Shown in pieces: positions 22,330 through 34,264 of a DNA stretch of 64,000 nucleotides. The DNA is taken from NCBI GenBank assembly GCA_012295275.1, contig CM022678.1, forward strand, positions 11,222,001-11,286,000. The letters run 5' to 3'. The DNA comes from Chrysomallon squamiferum. Taxonomy: Eukaryota > Animalia > Mollusca. The notes under the pieces were generated by a model, which saw only the letters and a program-made list of their open reading frames with translations, ran no database searches and was not told where the DNA came from. A program made the position numbers and the translations under genes. The first letter of the stretch is position 1. Each line of letters begins with the position of its first letter.

Positions 22330-22910
22330 AGGTATTTGCTTGTTGACGGGTGAACAGTCGGGGTGGCTGGTATAGCAGGTTATGTCGTCTGCTAACTCAA
22401 CACTAGTTTATACGCTATCATTGACAACGCTCGTTCCTCGAGAAATCTTACAAGACTGTAAAAACCAATGATCGGGAAAGCCCCAGTTTCCGAGATATTC
22501 CTATACTCGCCGAAGTACTTTTTTTGTTTTCATTATTTGAGTTATCTGTAAACTTGTGTTTAATTATGTTAATGTACTGAAGAGTTTTCGCTTGTGACAG
22601 ATAGGTGGCGGGCTCAACGCTTGTGACAGATAGGTGGCGGGCTCAACGCTTGTTCCTATCTTGTGATTTTTCTCGAGATCTGACTAAACCACTGAGGTTT
22701 CTTGTTACGTCAGATGTGAAAGTTAAAATTAGATTCAGTTCTCGAGAACTGCCTGTACGGGTGTTGAGCAGGAAAATGAAAAAAAGTTTTGTAAAACAGA
22801 AATACGGGTTAAAAGAGTCAGCAATTACTTAATAAATAATTATCAGAAAAAGCCCCAGTTACCGAGATATTCCGATACTTGCCGAAGTTCGGATTCCATA
22901 TTTCGGAGAT
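22330..22910 (-). promoter_or_regulatory. Type-2 promoter of the small-gene family (copies upstream of B, D, E, F, G)
   Basis: Non-coding exon donor CCT|GTAAGT, TATAAA on minus near 22405-22412, GGGAAAGCCCC 22474-22484, TTCTCGAGAA 22739-22748, CCGA array 22862-22907. Paralogous blocks at ~30200-30410, 34880-35085, 36975-37560 and 38740-39480. Confidence 0.55.
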
Positions 22911-23084
22911 TATTATTATTATTGTTGTTGTTGTTGCTGCTGTTTCCTTTTCGTGTTCCTGTTTTGTTTAATTACGGTTGTAACTTTAAACAGGGATGTT
23001 ATTTCTTGTATCCAAATTTGGGGAAATAGATCACATTTAAAAAAAACCTAACAAGTTTAGTCCTGTTTTTCCTGTGAGTATGCG

Positions 23085-23285
23085 TGCGTTTGCGTGTATA
23101 TTTCTGTGTGTGTACACGTGTGTTTGCGTGTATATTTCTGTGTGTGTACACGTGTGTTTGCGTGTATATTTCTGTGTGTGTACACGTGTGTTTGCGTGTA
23201 TATTTCTGTGTGTGTACACGTGTGTTTGCGTGTATATTTCTGTGTGTGTACACGTGTGTTTGCGTGTATATTTCTATGTGTGTGT
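23085..23285. repeat. 34-bp minisatellite (~6 copies)
   Basis: Unit GTGTGTTTGCGTGTATATTTCTGTGTGTGTACAC. Confidence 0.9.
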
Positions 23286-23555
23286 TTCTGTCTCTAATGT
23301 ATTTAAAATAAATAAAAATAAATAAAACATTGATTGATTTATTTTATTTATTTATTTATTTATTTTTTTTAAGGTAAATCATAGAGAATTAAAAGACAAA
23401 ATTCACTGAATAAAGAAAATAGCTAATTTATTTATGATTTTATTCTGTGTTATTCAAAAAAAAAAAAAAATGTATAAAGTTTTTTTGTAAGTTCATGGAT
23501 GACACAAATCTTTTTTTGAACTTTATTCCTGTTATTTGGGAAAAGAATTCGCCCA

Positions 23556-23765
23556 TCTGAAATGAAAATAAAATAAAATATTTATATATGTATAAATATA
23601 TAATTTTATTAATCAGTTGAATTTTAATTATAACTGTCTTCTGTGTGTACTGAGTGTGTTAGGCGAAACTGTATCAACATGAAGAAAACAATAATGGCAG
23701 GAATATGTTAAATGTGTATGTTTTCTGTGTCTGACTGGACGTATGTATGTATGTATGTATATATG

Positions 23766-23860
<95 letters not shown>

Positions 23861-24174
23861 GTATGTATGTATGCATGTACTGACGTAAGTATATGGGGTA
23901 TGCATGTAAGTGTGTGTGTGTGTGTCAGCGTGTGCGTGCATGAGTATGCTCTTTTATTGTTATATTTATATTTATTTTTTGGTGAAACAAACAATTAATC
24001 AATCAAAATGAAGACGCACCAGTTAATTCTAGCAACAATTGTTTTAGGCTCTCCGTCAGAGTCTATGTAGGTGTAGCTGGCTGAAGCAGTTCTAGACCCC
24101 GTAGTCGTTACAAAAACCCCAACGACCCCGTCGTCCGAAACTCTGACCTCTGAACTCGATGTTGAGTTTCCCAT
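23556..24174 (-). CDS. Small putatively myristoylated protein C (51 aa), single module
   Basis: Acceptor at 24196-24197. CDS 24174-24020 MGNSTSSSEVRVSDDGVVGVFVTTTGSRTASASYTYIDSDGEPKTIVARIN, with stop TG|A split by intron GTGCGT...TTTCAG (23556). 5'UTR donor at 24676. Confidence 0.7.
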
Positions 24175-24675
24175 CGTCCTCTGCGCTGAATTCAACTAAC
24201 AGTAAAACGTTAGAAAGGAATGCATTTCTGTATGTTTGTACGTATGTACGTATGTATGTATGTATGTATGTAAGTATGTATGTATGTATGTAAGTATGTT
24301 TGTATGTACGTGTGTTTGTCTGCGTCTACGTGTGTATGTTGTTGTTGTTTTTGTTGTCGCTGTTGTTATCGTCGTTGCTGTGGTAATATACAAAAATAGA
24401 TCTGACATCAGAAAATTTCCAGTTCTCGGAGATTTGTGAAATTACGTGGTGACTAATTTCAGGTGACGAGGAAAATGAAACCGAGGTTGTGAAACTTTGT
24501 GTGAGAGACAGATACAGCGGTTACACACAGATTTGTTTTACAAAGAAAAACAACAACCCAAAAACAACAAAATATCCTTCCAATTCGTATACACGTAAAC
24601 ATGCACAAACACACGGACATGTATGCTCACAATAACCAGTACACAAGCAGACAAATAAATAAACAAAAATCTTAC

Positions 24676-25062
24676 CTGTAGGATAAATGTATCTGTTACG
24701 TCTGATTTGAAGAAATGTCTGCGTTAAAACATTACTCCGCCAGCATAAGATTATATTTTTACCACAACGTCATTCTTTCCTGGGAAACTGGGAAAAACCC
24801 AGTTTCCCAGAATATCGCGATAAATCTTAATTCGAGGTAAACTACGCGAAAACGAGGCTTACCTTTCTGAAAGCGTTAACATTATTCTCTGGGAAACTGA
24901 TTTGTCCCCGAGAAACTGGGGTCGTTCGCCAAGTTTTTATTTGTTTTAATTCAGTGTTTCTCCAGGATTCGTCAGATGACTAACTGTCAGAACTATATTT
25001 ATATATTTCTGTGTTGAATCACTGATTCCTTATTTTCGCTGGATCACGCACTACGCAAACAG
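24676..25062. promoter_or_regulatory. Bidirectional promoter, copy 2 (small gene C on minus / LRAT gene on plus)
   Basis: Opposing 5'UTR donors at 24676(-) and 25062(+). TTCCTGGGAA 24777-24786, GGGAAAAACCC 24790-24800, TTCCCAGAA 24804-24812. Confidence 0.7.
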
Positions 25063-25265
25063 GTTTGTGTATCTGCAGTTGTAACTTGTACTGAATGTCA
25101 CTGACTTTGTTTTATTTCTTATCGGTGTCCATTATTATTTCCTTTTTTCTCTCTCTCTCTCTGTCTTCAGTCTTCTTCTTGCGATATTCACAATATTTCG
25201 ATTTAGACAATCGATCAAAAAATTGTAACAATGGTAACAGTAATAATATCATTTTCAGAATAACC

Positions 25266-25728
25266 ATGTCAAAAGTTGATTGTGCAGGTTCGAAGCTAAA
25301 GGCAGGCGACATTGTTAAGATAGAAGGAGACAAAGAAGACTCCATATACGCCATTTACTGTGGTGAAGTATATTTTGTTATTTGTAATCTATATTTACAA
25401 ATATACACACACACACATACATACATACATACACACATACAGGCACATACGAACACAAGATCGTGTTTTTCTATATATCTACAATTTGACTGCTGTGTTT
25501 AAACAGGGGGGGAGGATTTTGCTCTGCAGACCCCTGCCGGGACGTACGTCGACAGCTTTGACAACGTCATCAACACAAAGTCTTTCTTCACAGATAACAA
25601 ACTGGACGATGTCTATCAGTGAGTAATGTCTGTTTGTCTGTCTGTCTGTTTTTCTGTCTCATACACATACACAAGTATATGAATACATATATACAAAACT
25701 AATATACATGTACGTGCATATACATACA

Positions 25729-25762
<34 letters not shown>

Positions 25763-26671
25763 CACGTACACACAAATTCACAAATACTTTGTTTTGACAC
25801 ACACACACACAGACACACACACAGACACACACAGACACACACATACACACAAACACACACATACACACACACACCAGATATATAAACAAACTGTTTATCT
25901 TCCTTTGAATGGCTGTTTCACAGAGCGCAGACTTCTGACGTCATTGTTGAGCGTGCAGGTCACGCGCCACTGATCACCTCGGATGACGGTGGTCGATTGT
26001 TTGCGTATTTATGTAGATATGCGGCGCCGAAAGACTTCAAGGTAAAGCACTCCATGATTACTTATTTTTCTTTCGTTCTTTTTCTTCTTATCATTATTAT
26101 TATGATTCTTTTACTTCTTATTGTTGTTATTATTGTTGCTATTGCTTTATTTATTAATTTATTTTTGTTTCGGTTTGCTTATTAATTAATTTATTTATTC
26201 ATTCATTCTTTATAATATACAAATTTTGATAGATCTCTGAAAGAATATCTATGCTATTTTGTTATTGATTTTATTTTTAATAAAATAATTTATCGGCTCT
26301 AAATTGTTGATGTAACAGAAACAATCTCGCACCCCGGGCTCGGTAACCGCGCCCAAGCCCCCTGCACCCCGGCACGTGCAAACCATCACCGACCGAAAAG
26401 GAAATGTTGTGACGCCCGGTGACGTCATCGTATTCGACTGTGGAAAGTTCAAACACTGGGCGATTTATGTTGGTACGTTGTTGTTGTTGTAGGTATTTTT
26501 TATAATTCATTTAGTTGTTTTTTTGTGTTTTTTTTTTCTTTTTTTTCTTCTTTTTTTTTTTTTTGGCTTTTTTGTTTGGTTTTATAACACATTTAGTTAT
26601 TTCTTTATTTTATTTTATTTTATTTTATTTATTTATCTATTTATTTATTTATTTATTTATTTTATTTTATT

Positions 26672-26706
<35 letters not shown>

Positions 26707-27074
26707 TGGGTCTTTAGCTTGTTTGATTGTTTGTTTATTTATCTATTTGTTTGTTTTAGTTTTATTCTATTTATTAATTTTATTTATTTATTTGTTTGTT
26801 TGTTTGTTTGTTTTTATTTATTTATTTATTTATTTTATTATCTTTCTCTCACTACAGGTGATGGAGAAATAGTTCATAACACTGCGGAAGGAGTGAAGAA
26901 GGAATATATTATGGACGCTACGGGAGAGTGGCCATTCATAACTGACCACTCACTGGACAAAGGGTAATCACGTGACCCCAGTTATTTAGTTTGAAAAGTT
27001 TTTCACTGACGTCATCCATTCACAAATGAATCAGACATTTAAATTCTGATGTTATTTTTGATTAAATGTCAGTC

Positions 27075-27149
<75 letters not shown>

Positions 27150-27324
27150 GTTACAGCTTTTCCAGTTTTCCCAAAGAAGCCGTTGTCGCTAGTGCTAACG
27201 CGAGAGTGGGTATGGGTGGATTCAACGTCCGCGACTTCAACTGTGAAAGTTTTGTCAACGAGGTCGTCACTGCTCAACGAAAAAGCAAACAAGCTGATGC
27301 GGTAAGAACTCTCTCGTTCACCCC

Positions 27325-27416
<92 letters not shown>

Positions 27417-27702
27417 ATAAAAAAAATAGCCTTATACTCGTCACGGTTTTATGTTTCAGTTTTACAAGAAGAAGACGTCAACAAGAAACCCGTTTTCCAA
27501 GAAGGCGTCTTCAGCGACGGCGTCCGTTGGTCCGAACGCTGATGATATGTACGTGCACGCGACAGGGGGCGCCACTGCAGTGGCTCAGCACGGCGACGTG
27601 GTTAAAGTTGCTGGTCCTGGCGGTTTTCCAGGTTTCGTGATTCAGAATGGCGAGATCCCAGAAGCTGTGTGCTGTGCTATTTGTCACAAGAAGAAGATGT
27701 GA
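25266..27702 (+). CDS. LRAT/PLAAT (HRASLS-like, NlpC/P60) family protein, 324 aa: degenerate LRAT + catalytic LRAT + novel C-terminal module
   Basis: Exons 25266-25362, 25507-25618, 25924-26041, 26319-26472, 26858-26963, 27157-27301, 27460-27702 (975 nt, open frame). Motifs PGDVIVF..KHWAIYVGDGEIVH and FNCESFV give the His-His-Cys triad typical of LRAT/PLAAT proteins. Confidence 0.9.
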
Positions 27703-28820
27703 CACCAGAATTCGTTTTCAACTCGTAAATAACTCCAGACAATGACCTTGTTAGTTTTATTACATTTATTATTATTGCTGTTTTCCTTTCCTGTTCCTGC
27801 TTTAACTGATTACAGTTGTAACTTTAAACAGAGATGTTGTTTTTTTCTATCCAAATTTGTGGAAATAAATCACATTTAAACAACCCAACAACTTTAATCC
27901 TGTTTTTTTCTTTTCATTATGTTAGTGATCGCCGGATGTGAAAATGTGTTTTGTCAAACATCTACGAAATATGAATGACAGACATCCTGTTTAGTCGATA
28001 GTGTGCGTGTGTGTGTGTTTGTGTATCTGTGTGTGATTGTATATTAGTATTTATATATTTAAAATATCATCATCATTGTTATTATTATTATTATTATCAT
28101 TATTATTATTATAATTTATTATATTTATTTATTTATTTTAACGAAAATCTTGGAGAATTAAAAATACACAGGACAAAGAAAAATAAAGAAAAAAGACAAT
28201 ATGAAAGACATTTTATTTCAGAAATTTGGAAATGTTTATTATTTTTTATTCACTGGATATGTACCGATTAAAATTTCACGTAGGAAGAGAATCAATTCTT
28301 CTGAAAAGAGAAAAAAAATAAAATAAATAAAAAATTATGGTATTGATTAGCTGAATTTTAATTGTAATTGTCTTTTGTTAATTTGTTTCTTGAAATGTAA
28401 TACATCAAGAAAATTATAATGGTAAAGTATGTGTCTTCTTCGTGTGTGTGTGTGTGTGTGTGTGCTGTTTTAATGTTAAATATATATAAAAAAAATAAGT
28501 AAAAGTAAATGAAACAAAAAAAAAAACAAACAAAAAAAACATAAAATTAATAAGTAAGTAAATAAATAAGTAAATAAATAAATAAATAAATAAGATGAAA
28601 AGACATAAAATAAAATAAATAAATAAATTGAAATGAAATGAAATAAAATAAAATGAAATAAAATAATATGAAATAAATAAATAAAAAAATAAAAAATAAA
28701 CAAAACAAAATAAAATAAAATAAAATAAATAAATAAATAAGCAAAATAAAATAAAATAAAATAAGTAAGTAAATAAATAAATCAATAATTAAATAAATAA
28801 ATAAAAAGAATATTATATAC

Positions 28821-29574
28821 CTATGATCGAAGAACAATCGACTTTGTTTGTCCGTATTTGTCTACGGAGATTGCTTCTGCTGAAGCGCAGCCTTCAACTT
28901 TACCTTTAGGGCAACCTTGTCTTTCCGATAGACTGGCTTCTGCGGTCGACGTTTTATGTAACAATCCATCCGGTGCTGGAAAACAAAAACTAAATTTAAC
29001 TAAACATTAGAGAGTAATGAACTGGTTTGACAGGTAGAAGGTACAGTGGTTAGAGTGGTTACACACAGATTTGTTTTACACAGAAAGTTAAACTGAGAAG
29101 AGGAAGCAATTAATAAAGAAACAAAGAAGAAATATCAGCAAATGAAGAAGTATAAGAAAGAAAGAAAATAATAAATAAATAATAAAGATATGAATAACTA
29201 ACTAACTAACTAAGTAAATAATTCGGTAAATAAATAAATAAGTAAAATTAAATAAAATAAAATAAAATAAAATAAAATAAAATAAAATGAAATAAAGTAA
29301 TAGAAAATAAAATAAAATAAGTAAGTAAGTAAATAAATAAAAGAAAAAAAAATATATAAATGAATAAGTGAATGAATGAAGGAATGAATAAATGAATAAA
29401 TAATTAAAATGAATCTGTACCTTCTGCTTGAGCCCTAAGTGTGCACTTTTCTCCCCCTTCTTTTGTGTACGTGTTGGTTGCTAAAGCAGATGCTTTCCCA
29501 AAAGTTTGACAATAAATTTTATCCCCTTCCACTCTAGCCTCTGCGCTCGATTCGTAGGAGATCTTATTTCCCAT
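28821..29574 (-). CDS. Small putatively myristoylated protein D (102 aa), two modules
   Basis: Exons 29574-29421 MGNKISYESSAEARVEGDKIYCQTFGKASALATNTYTKEGGEKCTLRAQAE and 28975-28821 APDGLLHKTSTAEASLSERQGCPKGKVEGCASAEAISVDKYGQTKSIVLRS*. Same splice sites as B. Confidence 0.8.
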
Positions 29575-30585
29575 TTTGCTCTGTGCTGCAAAAAATAATA
29601 ATAATAAAAAAAGAAAAAAAAGTCCTGAATTTAATAAATAGGAAAACATTAGATTAGATTCGATTTGTGTATGTCTGTTTGTCTGTATCTGTGTGTGTAT
29701 GTTGTTGTTACTGTTGTTCTTCTTATTGTAGTTGCTGTTGTTGTTTTAGGTGTTGTTATCGTCGTTGCTGTGGTAATATACAAAAATAGATCTGACATCA
29801 GAAAATGTCCAGTTCTCGGAGATTTGTGAAATTACGTGGTGACTAATTTCAGCTGAGGAGGAAAACGAAACCGAGGTTGTGAAACTTTGTGTGAAAGACA
29901 GATACAGCGGTTACACACAGATTTGTTTTACACAGAAAGTTAAACTGAGAAGAGGAAGGAAATAATAAAGAAACAAAGAAGAAATATCAGTAAACGAAGG
30001 AATATAAGAAAGAAAGAAAGAAAGAAAGAAAGTAAATAAATAAATCCGCAAATAAATAAAGAATTCAATAAATTAAAAACAAAATGTTTTAGTTAAAACG
30101 ATATCTATTCATTATGAGAATTTAAAAGTAAAGTTAATTTGAAACGACTTAATAGAAATTTACAAATAAGAAACGTGTGTTTAATTACACTGACGTACTT
30201 ACAGGTATTTGCTTGTTGACGGGTGAACAGTCGGGGTGGCGGGTATAGCAGGTTATGTCGTCTGCTAACTCAACACTAGTTTATATGCTATCATTGACAA
30301 CGCTCGTTCCTCGAGAAATCTTTCAAGACTGTAAAAACCAATGATCGGGAAAGCCCCAGTTACCGAGATATTCCGATACTTGCCGAAGTTCGGATTCCAT
30401 ATTTCGGAGATTATTATTATTATTGTTGTTGTTGTTGCTGCTGTTTCCTTTTCGTGTTCCTGTTTTGTTTAATTACGGTTGTAACTTTAAACAGGGATGT
30501 TATTTCTTGTATCCAAATTTGGGGAAATAGATCACATTTAAAAAAAACCTAACAAGTTTAGTCCTGTTTTTCCTGTGAGTATGCG

Positions 30586-31500
30586 TGCGTTTGCGTGTAT
30601 ATTTCTATGTGTGTGTACACGTGTGTTTGCGTGTATATTTCTATGTGTGTGTACACGTGTGTTTGCGTGTATATTTCTGTGTGTGTACACGTGTGTTTGC
30701 GTGTATATTTCTATGTGTGTGTACACGTGTGTTTGCGTGTATATTTCTGTGTGTGTACACGTGTGTTTGCGTGTATATTTCTGTGTGTGTGTACACGTGT
30801 GTTTGCGTGTATATTTCTGTGTGTGTGTACACGTGCGTTTGCGTGTATATTTCTGTGTGTGTGTACACGTGTGTTTGCGTGTATATTTCTGTGTGTGTGT
30901 ACACGTGCGTTTGCGTGTATATTTATGTGTGTGTACACGTGTGTTTGCGTGTATATTTCTGTGTGTGTGTACACGTGTGTTTGCGTGTATATTTCTATGT
31001 GTGTGTACACGTGTGTTTGCGTGTATATTTCTATGTGTGTGTACACGTGTGTTTGCGTGTATATTTCTGTGTGTGTACACGTGCGTTTGCGTGTATATTT
31101 ATGTGTGTGTACACGTGTGTTTGCGTGTATATTTCTATGTGTGTGTACGTGTGTTTGCGTGTATATTTCTATGTGTGTGTACACGTGTGTTTGCGTGTAT
31201 ATTTCTATGTGTGTGTACACGTGTGTTTGCGTGTATATTTCTATGTGTGTGTACACGTGTGTTTGCGTGTATATTTCTATGTGTGTGTACACGTGTGTTT
31301 GCGTGTATATTTATGTGTGTGTACACGTGTGTTTGCGTGTATATTTCTATGTGTGTGTACACGTGTGTTTGCGTGTATATTTCTATGTGTGTGTACACGT
31401 GTGTTTGCGTGTATATTTCTATGTGTGTGTACACGTGTGTTTGCGTGTATATTTATGTGTGTGTACACGTGTGTTTGCGTGTATATTTCTATGTGTGTGT
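30586..31500. repeat. 34/36-bp minisatellite (~26 copies)
   Basis: Same unit as 23085-23285, expanded. Confidence 0.95.
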
Positions 31501-31586
31501 TTCTGTCTCTAATGTATTTAAAATAAATAAAAATAAATAAAACATTGATTGATTTATTTTATTTATTTTATTTTTTTATTTTTTAG

Positions 31587-31829
31587 TTTTACAAGAAGAA
31601 GACGTCAACAAGACACCCCTTTTCCAAGAAGGCGTCTTCAGCGACGGCATCCGTTGGTCCGAACGCTGATGATATGTACGTGCACGCGACAGGGGGCGCC
31701 ACTGCAGTGGCACAGCACGGCGACGTGGTTAAAGTTGCTGGTCCTGGCGGTTTTCCAGGTTTCGTGATTCAGAATGGCGAGATTCCAGAAGCTGTGTGCT
31801 GTGCTATTTGTCACAAGAAGAAGATGTGA
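31587..31829 (+). other. Orphan duplicate of the LRAT gene's last exon (intact frame, AG acceptor present)
   Basis: TTTTAG|TTTTACAAGAAGAAG...ATGTGA, 243 nt, with few substitutions vs 27460-27702 (e.g. RNPF to RHPF). 3'UTR also copied. Confidence 0.75.
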
Positions 31830-32219
31830 CACCAGAATTCGTTTTCAACTCGTAAATAACTCCAGACAATGACCTTGTTAGTTTTATTACATTTATTATT
31901 ATTGCTGTTTTCCTTTCCTGTTCCTGCTTTAACTGATTACAGTTGTAACTTTAAACAGAGATGTTGTTTTTTTCTATCCAAATTTGTGGAAATAAATCAC
32001 ATTTAAACAACCCAACAACTTTAATCCTGTTTTTTCTTTTCATTATGTTAGTGATCGCCGGATGTGAAAATGTGTTTTGTCAAACATCTACGAAATATGA
32101 ATGACAGACATCCTGTTTAGTGGATAGTGTACGTGTGTGTGTGTTTGTGTATGCATGTGTATGGGTGTGTGCGTGTGATTGTATATTAGTATTTATATAT
32201 TTAAAATATCATCATCATC

Positions 32220-32261
<42 letters not shown>

Positions 32262-32452
32262 TATTACATTTATTTATTTGTTTTAACGAAAATCTTGGAG
32301 AATTAAAAATACACAGGACAAAGAATAATAATTAAAAAAAAGACAATATGAAAGACTTTACATTTTATTTCAGTGCTAGAAATTTGGAAATGTTTGTTAA
32401 TATTTTTTATTCACTGGATATGTACCCCTGAAAATTTCACGTAGGAAGAGAA

Positions 32453-32988
32453 TCAATTCATCTGAAAAGAGAAAAAAATAAAATAAATAAAAAAATTATG
32501 GTATTGATTAGCTGAATTTTAATTGTAATTGTCTTTTGTTAATTTGTTTCTTGACATGTAATACATCAAGAAAATTATAATGGTAGAGTGTGTGTCTTCT
32601 TCATGTGTGTGTGTGTGTGTATGTGTGTGTGTGTGTGTATGTGTGTGTGTGTGTGTGTGTGTGATGTTTTAATGTTAAACATATATAAAAAAAGTAAAAG
32701 TAAATGAAATAATAAAATAAAAAAATAAAAGAAATAACATAAAATTAATAAGTAAGTAAATAAATAAGTAAATAAATAAATAAATGTATAAATAAATAAG
32801 TAAATAAATAAGATGAAAAGACATAAAATAAAATAAATAAATAAACTGAAATGAAATGAAATGAAATAAAATGAAATAAAATAATATGAAATAAATAAAT
32901 AAAAAATAAACAAAATAAAATAAAATAAAATAAAATAAATAAATAAATAAAAAATAAACAAAATAAAATAAAATAAAATAAAATAAAA

Positions 32989-33019
<31 letters not shown>

Positions 33020-34264
33020 AATAAAATAAAATAAAATAAGTAAGTAAATAAATAAATAAATAAAAAGAAGATTATTTACCTGTGTTCGAACAACAACCGT
33101 GGAATTTTCTCCGTCTTTGTCTACGTAGGTAATTTCTGCTGAAGCGCTGCCACCACCGCGTTTATAAACTTTACCTTTAATGCAACCTTGTTCATTAAAT
33201 ACACTGGCTTCTGCTGTCGATGTTTTATCGAAAGGATGTAACAGTGCACTCGGTGCTAGAAAACAAAAACTAAATTTAAATAAACATTAGAGAGTAATGA
33301 ACTGGTTTGACAGGTAGAAGGTACAGTGGTTAGAGTGGTTACACACAGATTTGTTTTACACAGAAAGTTTAACTGAGAAGAGGAAGGAAATAATAAAGAA
33401 ACAAAGAAGAAATATCAGCAAATGAAGAAGTATAAGAAAGAAAGAAAATAATAAATAAATAATAAAGATATGAATAACTAACTAACTAACTAAGTAAATA
33501 ATTCGGTAAATAAATAAATAAGTAAAATAAAATAAAATAAAATAAAATAAAATAAAATAAAATAAAATGAAATAAAGTAATAGAAAATAAAATAAAATAA
33601 GTAAGTAAGTAAATAAGGGCGACCTTTTTCAAACGATACTTCTGCGAACGATTTTTCACCCGGTCCTGGAAAACAAAAACTGAATTTAACTAAACATTAG
33701 AGAGTAATGAACTGGTTTGACAGGTAGAAGGTACAGTGGTTAGAGTGGTTACACACAGATTTGTTTTACACAGAAAGTTTAACTGAGAAGAGGAAGCAAT
33801 TAATAAAGAAACAAAGAAGAAATATCAGCAAATGAAGGAATATAAGAAAGAAAGAAAATAATAAATAAATAATAAAGATATGAATAACTAACTAACTAAC
33901 TAAGTAAATAATTCGGTAAATAAATAAATAAGTAAAATTAAATAAAATAAAATAAAATAAAATAAAATAAAATAAAATGAAATAAAGTAATAGAAAATAA
34001 AATAAAATAAGTAAGTAAGTAAATAAATAAAAGAAAAAAATATATATAAATGAATAAGTGAATGAATGAAGGAATGAATAAATGAATAAATAATTAAAAT
34101 GAATCTGTACCTTCTAATTGAACCCTAAGTGTGCACTTTTCTCCCCCTTCTTTTGTGTACGTGTTGGTTACTGAAGCAGATGCTTTCCCTGAAGCTGAAC
34201 AATAAACTTTATCCCCTTCCACTCTAGCCTTTGCGCTCGATTCGTCGGAAAACAAATTTCCCAT
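32453..34264 (-). CDS. Small putatively myristoylated protein E (112 aa if the truncated exon is skipped)
   Basis: Exons 34264-34111 MGNLFSDESSAKARVEGDKVYCSASGKASASVTNTYTKEGGEKCTLRVQLE, 33255-33080 APSALLHPFDKTSTAEASVFNEQGCIKGKVYKRGGGSASAEITYVDKDGENSTVVVRTQ, 32461-32453 MN*. A truncated exon-2 copy lies at ~33616-33665. Confidence 0.65.

Noticed and set aside
25266-27702. Functional link between the LRAT gene and the Gln-rich proteins via PLAAT4/TIG3-transglutaminase activation
   Set aside because: The analogy comes from mammalian keratinocytes only. The two gene groups have different promoter motifs and nothing in the sequence ties them together beyond proximity.
30575-31540. 300-aa Cys/Val-rich ORFs
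   Set aside because: Minisatellite translations, open in all frames
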